From Clostridiaceae bacterium (GTDB lineage Bacteria > Bacillota > Clostridia > Oscillospirales > Acutalibacteraceae), in assembly GCA_016296885.1 (NCBI GenBank), contig JAEDHT010000006.1, forward strand, positions 150 to 64,149: a stretch of DNA of 64,000 bases, given 5' to 3'. Under the pieces are notes generated by a model. The model did no database searches and had not been told where the DNA came from. It saw nothing but the letters and a program-made list of their open reading frames with translations. Below are positions 1 through 8,751 of the stretch, in pieces (positions within the stretch are counted from its first letter, which is position 1; every line of letters begins with the position of its first letter). A program made the translations under genes and the position numbers.

Positions 1-5
1 TATGA

Positions 6-1211
6 TTACATATTCTCAACGATTTCCTTTGTATCTCTTGCGATAACAAGTTCTTCGTTAGTAGGAATAACAAATACTCTGATTTTGGAATCAGGAGTGG
101 ATATCTCGTCGCACTTGCCTCTGATAGCTGCTTCGTTTTTAGCGTCGTCTATCTTCACGCCGAAGCATGATAGATATTCGCAGATTGCCTTTCTGTGTGA
201 AGCCTGGTTTTCGCCAAGTCCTGCTGTGAACACCATAACATCGCATCCACCCAAAGCTACATAATATCCACCGATAAATTTGGAAATCTGATAGCGGAGC
301 ATCTCATGAGCAAGCTTTGCTCTCTCGTTGCCTTCTGCAGCAGCCTTTGTAACATCTCTATCATCACTGCCAACGCCTGAGATACCGAGCAAGCCTGACT
401 GTTTGTTGAGCAATTGGCTCATCTCGCTTGGAGAGATGTTGTCTAGCTCTGCCATGTATGTAACAACAGATGGATCTAGTGTTCCTGAACGGCTACCCAT
501 CATAAATCCATCAAGAGGTGTGAGGCCCATGCTTGTGTCGATAACCTTGCCATCTTTAATGGCTGTAATAGAAGAACCATTACCCAAGTGGCAGCTGATC
601 ATCTTGAGATCCTTAAGATCCTTGCCAACCAGTTCAGCACACTTAGAGCTAACATATCTGTGTGATGTGCCGTGGAAGCCATATCTACGAATCTTGTTCT
701 CCTCATAATATTTGTAAGGAATTGCATACATATAAGCCTTTGGTGGCATTGTGGAATGGAAAGCTGTGTCGAAAACAACAACCTCCGGAATATCTTTGCC
801 AAATGCTTCTTGACAAGCATTAATAGCCTGAAGATGACCCTTGTTGTGAAGTGGTGCAAGCGGAATAAGAGATGCTATGCCCTCTTTTACCTTTTCGTCT
901 ACAAGCACAGACTTGCTAAATATAGCTCCGCCCTGCACAATTCTGTGACCTACAGCAGAAATCTCGTCAAGACTCTCTATAACACCAACCTCTTTGTCAA
1001 GAAGTGCAGCCTTAACCTGATTAAATGCAGCTGTGTGGTCCGGCATATCCACATTTATTTCTTTAACACGGCCATCAGCTGTCTTTTGACCAAAAAGTCC
1101 ATCTATACCGATTCTTTCGCAGTTTCCCTTTGCAAGAACAGACTCATCTTCCATATTTATCAACTGATATTTAAGTGAAGAGCTGCCTGCGTTAATAACT
1201 AAAATTTTCAT
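6..1211 (-). CDS. ackA: acetate kinase
   Basis: ORF 6..1247(-). An internal ATG (CAT at 1209-1211) gives the canonical N-terminus MKILVINAGSSSLKYQL. Acetate-kinase motifs FHGTSH, MGSRSGTLDP and FTAGLGEN are present. Confidence 0.95.
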   Translation of the reverse strand: MKILVINAGSSSLKYQLINMEDESVLAKGNCERIGIDGLFGQKTADGRVKEINVDMPDHTAAFNQVKAALLDKEVGVIESLDEISAVGHRIVQGGAIFSKSVLVDEKVKEGIASLIPLAPLHNKGHLQAINACQEAFGKDIPEVVVFDTAFHSTMPPKAYMYAIPYKYYEENKIRRYGFHGTSHRYVSSKCAELVGKDLKDLKMISCHLGNGSSITAIKDGKVIDTSMGLTPLDGFMMGSRSGTLDPSVVTYMAELDNISPSEMSQLLNKQSGLLGISGVGSDDRDVTKAAAEGNERAKLAHEMLRYQISKFIGGYYVALGGCDVMVFTAGLGENQASHRKAICEYLSCFGVKIDDAKNEAAIRGKCDEISTPDSKIRVFVIPTNEELVIARDTKEIVENM

Positions 1212-1367
1212 ATCATTCGCATATCGAAAAATATTTCCGACACACATTCCTCCTTATCCAATTTATTTTTACGTATTGCGTATTTTTCACACATAATATA
1301 TAATAGTACAATACAAAGAAAATTTCAACTGTTTTTTCTACTAACAATCAATTTGAGGTACAGAAAT

Positions 1368-2552
1368 ATGAAATCAGCCGCTGTTATATGTGAATTTAAC
1401 CCCTTGCATAAAGGGCATAAATTTTTGATAGACTCGATGCGCCAAAATGGCATAACTCATATCGTGGGGATAATGAGTGGCAACTTTGTGCAAAGGGGCG
1501 ACTGTGCTGTGATGAATAAATTTCGCAGGGCAGAATGTGCCATACGCAATGGTGTGGATATGGTGGTGGAGTTACCGGTAACAAAGGTACTATCTTCTGC
1601 AGAAGGCTTTGCAGATGGCGGAGTAGCACTTGCCGGTGCATTAGGCTGTGACGAACTGTGGTTTGGCAGTGAGAGTAATGATATAGATGTTCTGAGAAAG
1701 TTGATTGAAATTCAAAGTGATAAAAATGTAGAAAAATATATGGCACAGGAGTTAAAAAAGGGAGTTACCTCCGCAAGGGCACTTGGCAACACTGTGGCAT
1801 TCCTTTATGGTGAAAAACTTAGCAACATACTAATGTCACCTAACAACATATTAGGTATAGAATATCTCAAGGCGTTAGACAGACAAAAATCAAGAGTAAC
1901 TCCAAAAACTATAAAACGTATAGCTGTGCAACACGACAGCATGACCACATCAAACGGCTTTGCGAGTGCCAGCTGTATAAGAAACAACATCGAAAAAAAC
2001 GATCTCAAATCATGTGCCGGATTTATGGATGCATATAGCTACGGAATTCTAAATGGTGAGATTGAAAAAAAATATGCGCCGGCAAATATAAAAAATGGAG
2101 AAAGAGCCATTCTTGCCGTGCTACGCAACATGACGAGAGAGGATTTTGCAATGATTGCAGATGTAAATGAAGGCTTGGAAAACAGGATTTTCGAGGCTGT
2201 GCAAAATCTCTGCACCTTAGAAGAAATCATATCATATATCAAGAGCAAGCGATACACATTGGCGAGAGTGCGCAGAATCATAATGTGTTCATACCTTGGC
2301 ATTACAAAATCCTTGCAAAAAAAGCCCATCTCCTATATCAGACCTCTGTGCTTTAATGATCAAGGTACAAAATTTCTGTCAAGAAACACAAAATTGCCTA
2401 TAATCACCTCCACCACAAGGTCTGAGAATATGCTATCTGATGATGCCTCCGAGCTTCTAAAGCTAGAGATAAAGGCATCAGAGCTATGGGGACTACTCAC
2501 ACCGAATATCTATCCCTGTATGAGCGATCGACGGAATTTTTTGAAGAAATGA
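1368..2552 (+). CDS. tmcAL: tRNA(Met) cytidine acetate ligase (TmcAL/YlbM, DUF795 nucleotidyltransferase)
   Basis: GAGG RBS 8 nt upstream of the ATG at 1368. The N-terminus MKSAAVICEFNPLHKGHKFLI...IMSGNFVQRGDCAV...VVELP aligns with B. subtilis YlbM (EYNPFHNGH, MSGHFLQRGEPA, VVELP). Confidence 0.8.
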   Translation: MKSAAVICEFNPLHKGHKFLIDSMRQNGITHIVGIMSGNFVQRGDCAVMNKFRRAECAIRNGVDMVVELPVTKVLSSAEGFADGGVALAGALGCDELWFGSESNDIDVLRKLIEIQSDKNVEKYMAQELKKGVTSARALGNTVAFLYGEKLSNILMSPNNILGIEYLKALDRQKSRVTPKTIKRIAVQHDSMTTSNGFASASCIRNNIEKNDLKSCAGFMDAYSYGILNGEIEKKYAPANIKNGERAILAVLRNMTREDFAMIADVNEGLENRIFEAVQNLCTLEEIISYIKSKRYTLARVRRIIMCSYLGITKSLQKKPISYIRPLCFNDQGTKFLSRNTKLPIITSTTRSENMLSDDASELLKLEIKASELWGLLTPNIYPCMSDRRNFLKK

Positions 2553-2657
2553 GAACGTAAATTGTTAAAAAAATGTTAAATTCATATTGAAACTCTAACA
2601 AATTTATGTTATGATGGTTATGTAATTTTGTAGATTAATTACAAGGAGAAATTTACT

Positions 2658-3857
2658 ATGAAATATTCATTTTCACCCGCAAAAATATTATTACCAAAGG
2701 GCAATTTTGAAAAATGGGCTGTAATAGCCTGCGACCAATACACCTCTGAGCAAAAATACTGGGATGAGGTAGAAACTATTGTTGGTGATGCACCATCCAC
2801 ATTGCGTATCACATTGCCTGAGATTTATCTTGAGGGTGAAATAGAAGAACGCATTGAAAACATAAACAAAACCATGGTAGACTACATAAACAGCGGTGTT
2901 CTTGAAGAACACGATAACGCACTTATGTATGTAGAAAGAGCGTCCTCCAATGGCAAAACACGCCATGGCATCGTGGGCATTATTGATCTTGAAGATTATG
3001 ACTATCACAAAGGTAGCCATGCGCTCATCCGTGCCACAGAGCAAACTGTTATAGAAAGAATTCCTCCACGTGTAAAGATTAGAAAAGATGCAGTGCTTGA
3101 GCTTCCTCATGTTATGCTCCTTATTGATGATCCTAAGCTCAGTGTAATTGAACCACTAAAGAATAAAAAATCTGATTTTGTAAAAGCATATGATTTTGAG
3201 CTAATGCAGGGTGGAGGTCACATCGAGGGCTATCTTACAGACGAAGCTACACAAAAGCAGATTGGTGAGGCTCTTAATGCACTCGTAGCAGATAAAAAAG
3301 ATAAGCTTATGTTTGCTGTTGGCGACGGCAATCACTCCTTGGCAACTGCTAAGGAATGCTACAACCTCAATAAATCACCGGAGGCAAGATATGCACTTGT
3401 TGAGGTAGTGAATATCCATGATGCATCTATCGAGTTTGAGCCTATATATCGTGTATTATTCAATGTAGATTGTGAAAAAGTAATATCAGATATAAAAGCA
3501 GCCCTAGGCGATGGATATTCCGGTGCAGATGCTCAAATAATAGATTATGTGTCAAAATCAGTTAACGGCAAAATGAGCGTGAAGCCTTCATCAAAGCTCC
3601 CTGTGGGTACACTCCAGGCTTTCCTTGATGATTATCTCAAGTCACATCCGGAAATCAAGATAGATTATATCCATGGTGAAGACAGCGTGGCAGAGCTATG
3701 CAAGCAAGACAACACCATTGGTTTTATCTTCAAGGGTATGCAGAAGGATGAGCTTTTTGATGCAATTAAAGCAGACGGCTCGTTGCCAAGAAAAACATTT
3801 TCTATGGGTCACGCTTACGACAAGAGATATTATATCGAGTGTCGCAAGATAAAATAA
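2658..3857 (+). CDS. DUF1015-like family protein
   Basis: 399-aa ORF with AGGAGA RBS. The pattern RATEQTV..R....R......P.......DDP and GDGNHSLATAK resembles the DUF1015 HE.T / DGHHR signatures. Recognised by eye only. Confidence 0.5.
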   Translation: MKYSFSPAKILLPKGNFEKWAVIACDQYTSEQKYWDEVETIVGDAPSTLRITLPEIYLEGEIEERIENINKTMVDYINSGVLEEHDNALMYVERASSNGKTRHGIVGIIDLEDYDYHKGSHALIRATEQTVIERIPPRVKIRKDAVLELPHVMLLIDDPKLSVIEPLKNKKSDFVKAYDFELMQGGGHIEGYLTDEATQKQIGEALNALVADKKDKLMFAVGDGNHSLATAKECYNLNKSPEARYALVEVVNIHDASIEFEPIYRVLFNVDCEKVISDIKAALGDGYSGADAQIIDYVSKSVNGKMSVKPSSKLPVGTLQAFLDDYLKSHPEIKIDYIHGEDSVAELCKQDNTIGFIFKGMQKDELFDAIKADGSLPRKTFSMGHAYDKRYYIECRKIK

Positions 3858-3870
3858 GGAAGTGAAATAA

Positions 3871-4524
3871 ATGGATCCTAAAATTTTAAGAACGATAAAT
3901 TATGGAATATATGCAGTAGGTGTTAAAGGCGATAACTATCCATCCGCCTGCATAGTAAACACTGTATCACAAATAACAGCCTCTCCCCTGATGATATCTT
4001 TAAGCGTAAATCGTGATAATTACACTAACGAGATGATAAAAAAACACGGTATCTTCTCTGTTTCTGTACTATCCGAAAACACCTCAGGCACAGTGGTTGG
4101 AGCATTGGGCTTTACATCAGGCAAAGAAACTGACAAGTTAAAAAATATAGGCTACAAGGTTCTCCGTGAGGGTGTTCCTGTGCTCAGAGAAAACATATGT
4201 TGCTGGTTTTTGTGCAAGGTTGTTAGTAGTGTAGAAGCACACACGCACACCGTTTTTATAGCAGAGGTTATTGCAGGCAGTGATGAATACAAAGGCACAC
4301 CAATGACATACAGCTACTATCATCACGTGATCAAAGGCCGTGCACCTGCAAATGCTCCTACCTTCCTCATTCAGAAGGAAGACACATTTTCCCTTGCAGA
4401 AAAATACACCTGCAAAATATGCGGATATGTTTATAGCAACCCTAACAAACCTTTTGATCAACTCAATGAGGACTGGAACTGTCCTGTGTGTCGTGCATCA
4501 AAAGATGCTTTTGTGAAAAACTAA
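3871..4524 (+). CDS. flavin reductase-like domain fused to C-terminal rubredoxin (Hrb-type)
   Basis: The N-terminal ~165 aa are flavin-reductase-like (YGIYAVGVKGDN..NTVSQITASP). The C-terminus CKICGYVY...WNCPVCRASK is a rubredoxin CxxC..CPxC motif. Confidence 0.8.
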   Translation: MDPKILRTINYGIYAVGVKGDNYPSACIVNTVSQITASPLMISLSVNRDNYTNEMIKKHGIFSVSVLSENTSGTVVGALGFTSGKETDKLKNIGYKVLREGVPVLRENICCWFLCKVVSSVEAHTHTVFIAEVIAGSDEYKGTPMTYSYYHHVIKGRAPANAPTFLIQKEDTFSLAEKYTCKICGYVYSNPNKPFDQLNEDWNCPVCRASKDAFVKN

Positions 4525-4550
4525 CATAATTTTATTTACGCAAGTAGTAA

Positions 4551-4592
4551 GGCGATATGAAATCCATTTGGAAATCATATCGCCTTTTATTT
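4551..4592 (+). terminator. rho-independent terminator
   Basis: Perfect 10-bp stem GGCGATATGA (4551-4560) / TCATATCGCC (4575-4584), followed by TTTTATTTT. Confidence 0.75.
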
Positions 4593-4605
4593 TGTCTTTT
4601 TGTAA

Positions 4606-4920
4606 TTATCTTTGGTTGTCACTGTTTTCAGCAGGCTTTTGAAGCTTTTTTCTTTTCTCAATAGTTTTAGTCATTTTTATTATGGTGTAGATCACACCAG
4701 CAGAAACTATTATATATATAATACATCTGATTATATCCATCACAATATTATCGGGCCATACGCCGGAAACAATGTAGTTCACCATAGACCACACACCCTC
4801 TAAGTAAAAAGCACCGCCTAAAAATCCGGTAGGAAACATTCTTCTAATATTTGGTTTAAGCAAAAAGAAACCTGCCACAAAGCACAAAAGAACTTCAATA
4901 ACCACTAATACAAAATTCAT
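4606..4920 (-). CDS. small hydrophobic membrane protein, unknown function
   Basis: 104-aa ORF with about 3 hydrophobic segments and a charged C-terminal tail. No family recognised. Confidence 0.45.
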   Translation of the reverse strand: MNFVLVVIEVLLCFVAGFFLLKPNIRRMFPTGFLGGAFYLEGVWSMVNYIVSGVWPDNIVMDIIRCIIYIIVSAGVIYTIIKMTKTIEKRKKLQKPAENSDNQR

Positions 4921-5009
4921 AAATTCGCCCCCAAAAAAACTCTTTTTGTCTAGTTCTTTACTATCATAAATAAATTTTCCGAATAAGTCAACAGAAAACT
5001 ACAAATACC

Positions 5010-5966
5010 TCAATTAACCTTGTTAACAATCTTACCCTCAACAAAACCCTTAATATTGTTATAAACTATATCTATCAGACGTTCTCTCGTCTCTACAGGG
5101 GCCCATGCCACATGAGGGGTAAATATAATATTCTTGGCATTTTTGAGAGGGCAGTCACCTGTCATAGGCTCTTTTTGAAGAACATCCACAGCAGCTCCGG
5201 CGATTTCACCGCTGTTAAGTGCATACGCAAGCGCCTCTTCGTTTACAGTGCCACCACGTGATGTATTGATAAATATGCAGTTGCTTTTACATTTCGAAAA
5301 TGCTTCCTTGTTAAATACCTCTTTGGTATCATCAGTGAGTGGACAATGCACGGTGATAAAATCTGAGCGAGTAAGAAGCTCATCAAATCCCACATATTCC
5401 ACATCGTTATCTTTAATAGTTCTTGTTGTTGCAATCACATTCATTCCAAATGCTTTGGCAATGCGTGCTACTCTCCTGCCGATACTTCCAAACCCAAATA
5501 TACCAATTGTCTTACCCCCAAGCTCTTGCATAGAGTTATCTAATATGCAGAATATATCACTATTTTCCCATTTGCCATCTTTCACACGAATATCAAATGA
5601 TGCCACATTATTTGTGTAATACAAAATATAAGCGAACACTTGCTGTGCAACACTTGATGTAGAATATTCGCCGGCGTTGCACACTGCTATACCTCTTTCT
5701 CTTGCAGCCTTGATATCAATATTATTGTATCCTGTTGCCAACAATGTAATTAATTTAAGATTTGGCATTTTGCTGATTGTATCAGCAGTAATAACCGTCT
5801 TGTTGCATACAAGTATATCAGCATCATTAGCATAACTAGACACAAGGCTAGAATCAAGATTGTCAAACATAACAACCTCGCCGAAATCCTTAAATCTATC
5901 TAATAGAGTACTATCACCTGATGTTACAGTTTTAGTATCGGTGAAGGCAATTTTCATTCTGTTCAT
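5010..5966 (-). CDS. D-isomer-specific 2-hydroxyacid dehydrogenase (glycerate/hydroxypyruvate reductase-like)
   Basis: NAD-binding GIFGFGSIGRRVA. The HCPLTDDT..NTSRGG..D.L.....AAVDV..EP...PHVAW pattern is typical of the family. Start placed at MNRMKIAF (CAT at 5964-5966) after an AGGAAA RBS. Confidence 0.85.
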   Translation of the reverse strand: MNRMKIAFTDTKTVTSGDSTLLDRFKDFGEVVMFDNLDSSLVSSYANDADILVCNKTVITADTISKMPNLKLITLLATGYNNIDIKAARERGIAVCNAGEYSTSSVAQQVFAYILYYTNNVASFDIRVKDGKWENSDIFCILDNSMQELGGKTIGIFGFGSIGRRVARIAKAFGMNVIATTRTIKDNDVEYVGFDELLTRSDFITVHCPLTDDTKEVFNKEAFSKCKSNCIFINTSRGGTVNEEALAYALNSGEIAGAAVDVLQKEPMTGDCPLKNAKNIIFTPHVAWAPVETRERLIDIVYNNIKGFVEGKIVNKVN

Positions 5967-6081
5967 AATTTTTTTCCTTTCATAATGGTTATAAAATGTT
6001 ATAAATATGTTGTTGTATTGCACAAAAAAACCTGTATCAGCCCAAAAAAATGTTTAAATAAACAATTTTTCTGTCACAGGT

Positions 6082-6110
6082 TTGACATTAGTGACTTTTG
6101 GTTATATAAT
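6082..6110 (+). promoter_or_regulatory. consensus sigma-A-type promoter
   Basis: TTGACA (6082-6087), 17-nt spacer, TATAAT (6105-6110), about 50 nt upstream of the ATG at 6164. Confidence 0.6.
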
Positions 6111-6163
6111 AACCCTGCTGTTGATTAATAAACAAGTATCAAATTGAAAGAAGGTTCTAAAAA

Positions 6164-6454
6164 ATGCCAAAAGCAAAAAAGACAGACTCTACAACAGTAG
6201 CTAATGAAGTAGCAGTAGCAACTCCCGCAAAGAAAACTACAAGAAAGCCATCAGCCAAGGTTGAATTGTTTATCGAGCACAATGGTATTCAGGCTTCAAC
6301 AGATGTTATTGCAAAGAAAATTAAAGCTGAATACGCCGAAAAAGAGGGCGCAGCTGTTATTAAAACATTGAAAATTTATGTAAAGCCAGAAGAGAACACA
6401 GCATATTATGTTGTAAATGGTGAAGAAGAGTGCAAACTCGAAGGAATATTCTAA
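6164..6454 (+). CDS. small conserved-looking hypothetical protein (Lys/Ala-rich N-terminus, beta-rich C-terminus)
   Basis: 96-aa ORF with GAAAGAAGG RBS, its own consensus promoter and its own terminator. Confidence 0.6.
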   Translation: MPKAKKTDSTTVANEVAVATPAKKTTRKPSAKVELFIEHNGIQASTDVIAKKIKAEYAEKEGAAVIKTLKIYVKPEENTAYYVVNGEEECKLEGIF

Positions 6455-6494
6455 TAATATTCTAATTTAAAGAAAATATATCTCAATTAGAGTT

Positions 6495-6527
6495 ATCGCC
6501 GAAGTTTTTCGGCGATATTTCTTTTTA
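6495..6527 (+). terminator. rho-independent terminator
   Basis: ATCGCCGAA (6495-6503) / TTCGGCGAT (6508-6516) hairpin, followed by a T-rich run. Confidence 0.8.
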
Positions 6528-6802
6528 TCTATATCACAAATTCGAACCGGTGGAAACAATAATGGTTTAACCTATAGCGACTTATGGAAAATAGATATCT
6601 AAAATTCATTTCAAAGCTATGACTATTATTCACATATGATATATTACGCCATTTTGTTTGTTTAGTCAATGTTTTTCTATCTTGTGCAGCCACCGACCAT
6701 ACCAATATCTTTCCTGCAAAAAAACGCTTTACAACGCTTGTTGCTTGTGATAGAATATGTATGTGTTATATTAAACATATTATTTTATGGAGGTATAATC
6801 TT

Positions 6803-7057
6803 ATGAAAAAAATATTAGCTATTTTGGCATCATGTACATTAATTTTTACTACTATGGCAACATCCTATGCTCTCGATCCTATCGTTAGCCCTGTTGCTCC
6901 TGTGTATTCTGACTCTGACTCAGCAACAGACTCAGACACACATATAAATACATCACCAAACGCACCAATAACAGGCGATATTACTCCTGTGCTTCTGCTC
7001 CTTGCAGGTGGCTCCGCTGTTTGTGCATTAATTAACAGAAAAAAGACTGACAAATAA
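6803..7057 (+). CDS. 84-aa secreted protein with C-terminal sortase sorting signal (APITG + hydrophobic + RKKTDK)
   Basis: GGAGG RBS 8 nt upstream of the ATG at 6803. Signal peptide MKKILAILASCTLIFTTMATSYA. C-terminus NAPITGDITPVLLLLAGGSAVCALINRKKTDK. Confidence 0.6.
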   Translation: MKKILAILASCTLIFTTMATSYALDPIVSPVAPVYSDSDSATDSDTHINTSPNAPITGDITPVLLLLAGGSAVCALINRKKTDK

Positions 7058-7105
7058 CTCATTTTTTCTGTAAAAGCTTTATTTTCCTGAAGGGATGTAA
7101 TTATA

Positions 7106-7906
7106 ATGAATAATAAAAAATCAAAATCGCTTGTCGTTAAGCGTATTTTAAGCATAGCTTTAACGGCAAGCTTGGTCGCTTTGAGCTCTTTTGGGTTCTC
7201 CGGATGCAAATCTAATCAAACTACAGACTTTGTAAGCGATGTAAACACCGTATCTCTCGATCCTATTGTGGACACCAGCGGGGTTGATTCTGACGACACA
7301 GTGGTGCTTGTAGAAAACCCTATAAACTTCGAGGATCTACAGTCAAAGAACAGTGACCTTTATGCATGGATATATATTCCAAATACTTCTGTTGATTATC
7401 CAATAGCACAAAGTGCACCGGATGTAGATGATTCTTTCTATCTCCATCATGGCATCGATAAGAGCTACTTCTTTGCAGGCACTATCTATACTGAAAAGGC
7501 AAACAGTAAGGATTTTACCGACAAAAACACTCTGCTTTATGGCCACAATATGCTCGATGGCTCTATGTTTACAACAATCCACAAATTCGAGGATGAAAAG
7601 TTTTTTAACGAGAATGAATATATCTACATATACACACCAGGCCATATATTAACTTACAGAATCTTTGCTGCGTATGAATCTGATGATAGACATATCCTTA
7701 ATTCATACGATTTCTCAAAAGATGACGTCTGGGAAGAATATGTAAAGCAAGTATCTAAACCTGAATCAATCTATACTTGCAACTATCGTGATGTCGGTTT
7801 GTCCACAGACAACACAATCATCACACTCAGCACCTGCACAAGCTACAGATCAAACAACAGATACCTTGTGCAAGCATATCTATATAAGGACACACCCACA
7901 AAGTAA
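7106..7906 (+). CDS. class B sortase (paralog 1, lipobox-type N-terminus)
   Basis: NSDLYAWIYIPNTSVDYPIAQS, LLYGHNMLDGSMFTTIHKF and the catalytic TLSTC motif. The N-terminus ends in ...SSFGFSGC, which fits a lipoprotein lipobox. Confidence 0.85.
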   Translation: MNNKKSKSLVVKRILSIALTASLVALSSFGFSGCKSNQTTDFVSDVNTVSLDPIVDTSGVDSDDTVVLVENPINFEDLQSKNSDLYAWIYIPNTSVDYPIAQSAPDVDDSFYLHHGIDKSYFFAGTIYTEKANSKDFTDKNTLLYGHNMLDGSMFTTIHKFEDEKFFNENEYIYIYTPGHILTYRIFAAYESDDRHILNSYDFSKDDVWEEYVKQVSKPESIYTCNYRDVGLSTDNTIITLSTCTSYRSNNRYLVQAYLYKDTPTK

Positions 7907-7938
7907 TTTTTCAGATTACTTGAAAGGAAGTGGAAACA

Positions 7939-8751
7939 ATGGGTAATAACAGTAAAAATGCTAAAAAGCAAGCAAATAAAACAAACGCCAGAGTTTCAGT
8001 GGTTGTAGCATGCATATTGATAGCGTGTTGTGTTGGATTTTTTGGCTATAATGGAATAAAAAACAAACAAACTGAGGATTTTATCGACAGCGTAAAGAAC
8101 ACCTCTATGGCTCCCCTGAATGATATAAATTCTTCTGTTAACAGTGATATTAACGTTACATTTCAAAACCCTATTAACTTTGAAGATTTGCAAGAAAAAA
8201 ACAGTGATTTATACTCTTGGATATATGTTCCAAACACATCTGTAGATTATCCGGTAGCACAAAGTGCTGATGATGGCTTTTATCTGCATCGTGGCACCGA
8301 CAAAAGCTACTATTTTGCAGGCACTATCTACACAGAGAGCACCTATAACAACACTGACTACAACGACAGAAACACTGTGCTGTATGGTCACAATATGCTT
8401 GACGGCTCTATGTTTGCCACATTGCATAAGTTTGAGGATGAAGAGTTTTTCAACGATAATGAGTATTTCTATATTTACACTCCAAACCGTATCCTCACAT
8501 ACAGAATATTTGCTGCATATGAGGTGGATGATAGACATATTCTGAAAACTCATGACTTTTCAGATGATAATGTGTGGTCTGAATATCTTAATGAGATATC
8601 CAATCCCCAATCTGATTACACTTGTAACTCACGTGACATAGAACTATCTCTGGATAGCAAAATTGTAACTTTGAGCACCTGCACAAACTTTAGAGCCAAT
8701 GACAGATATATTGTCCAGGGGGTGCTTATAGATGAACAAACTACAGTTTAA
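7939..8751 (+). CDS. class B sortase (paralog 2, N-terminal TM anchor)
   Basis: Same motifs as paralog 1 (NSDLYSWIYVPNTSVDYPVAQS, VLYGHNMLDGSMF, TLSTC). ATG at 7939 lies 8 nt after an AAAGGAAG RBS. Confidence 0.85.
   Translation: MGNNSKNAKKQANKTNARVSVVVACILIACCVGFFGYNGIKNKQTEDFIDSVKNTSMAPLNDINSSVNSDINVTFQNPINFEDLQEKNSDLYSWIYVPNTSVDYPVAQSADDGFYLHRGTDKSYYFAGTIYTESTYNNTDYNDRNTVLYGHNMLDGSMFATLHKFEDEEFFNDNEYFYIYTPNRILTYRIFAAYEVDDRHILKTHDFSDDNVWSEYLNEISNPQSDYTCNSRDIELSLDSKIVTLSTCTNFRANDRYIVQGVLIDEQTTV

Noticed and set aside
328-1178. Plus-strand ORFs 328..708 and 672..1178 (126 and 168 aa)
   Set aside because: Both lie entirely antisense to the well-supported ackA gene. They have no RBS, and their composition is low-complexity or Cys/Leu-rich, typical of shadow ORFs.
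6520-6550. GGTTCGAA-like T-loop motif on the minus strand (complement of ATTCGAACCGGTGG), checked as a possible tRNA or tRNA fragment
   Set aside because: The flanking bases do not form a T-stem. No acceptor or anticodon arms can be drawn. It is most likely a chance match.
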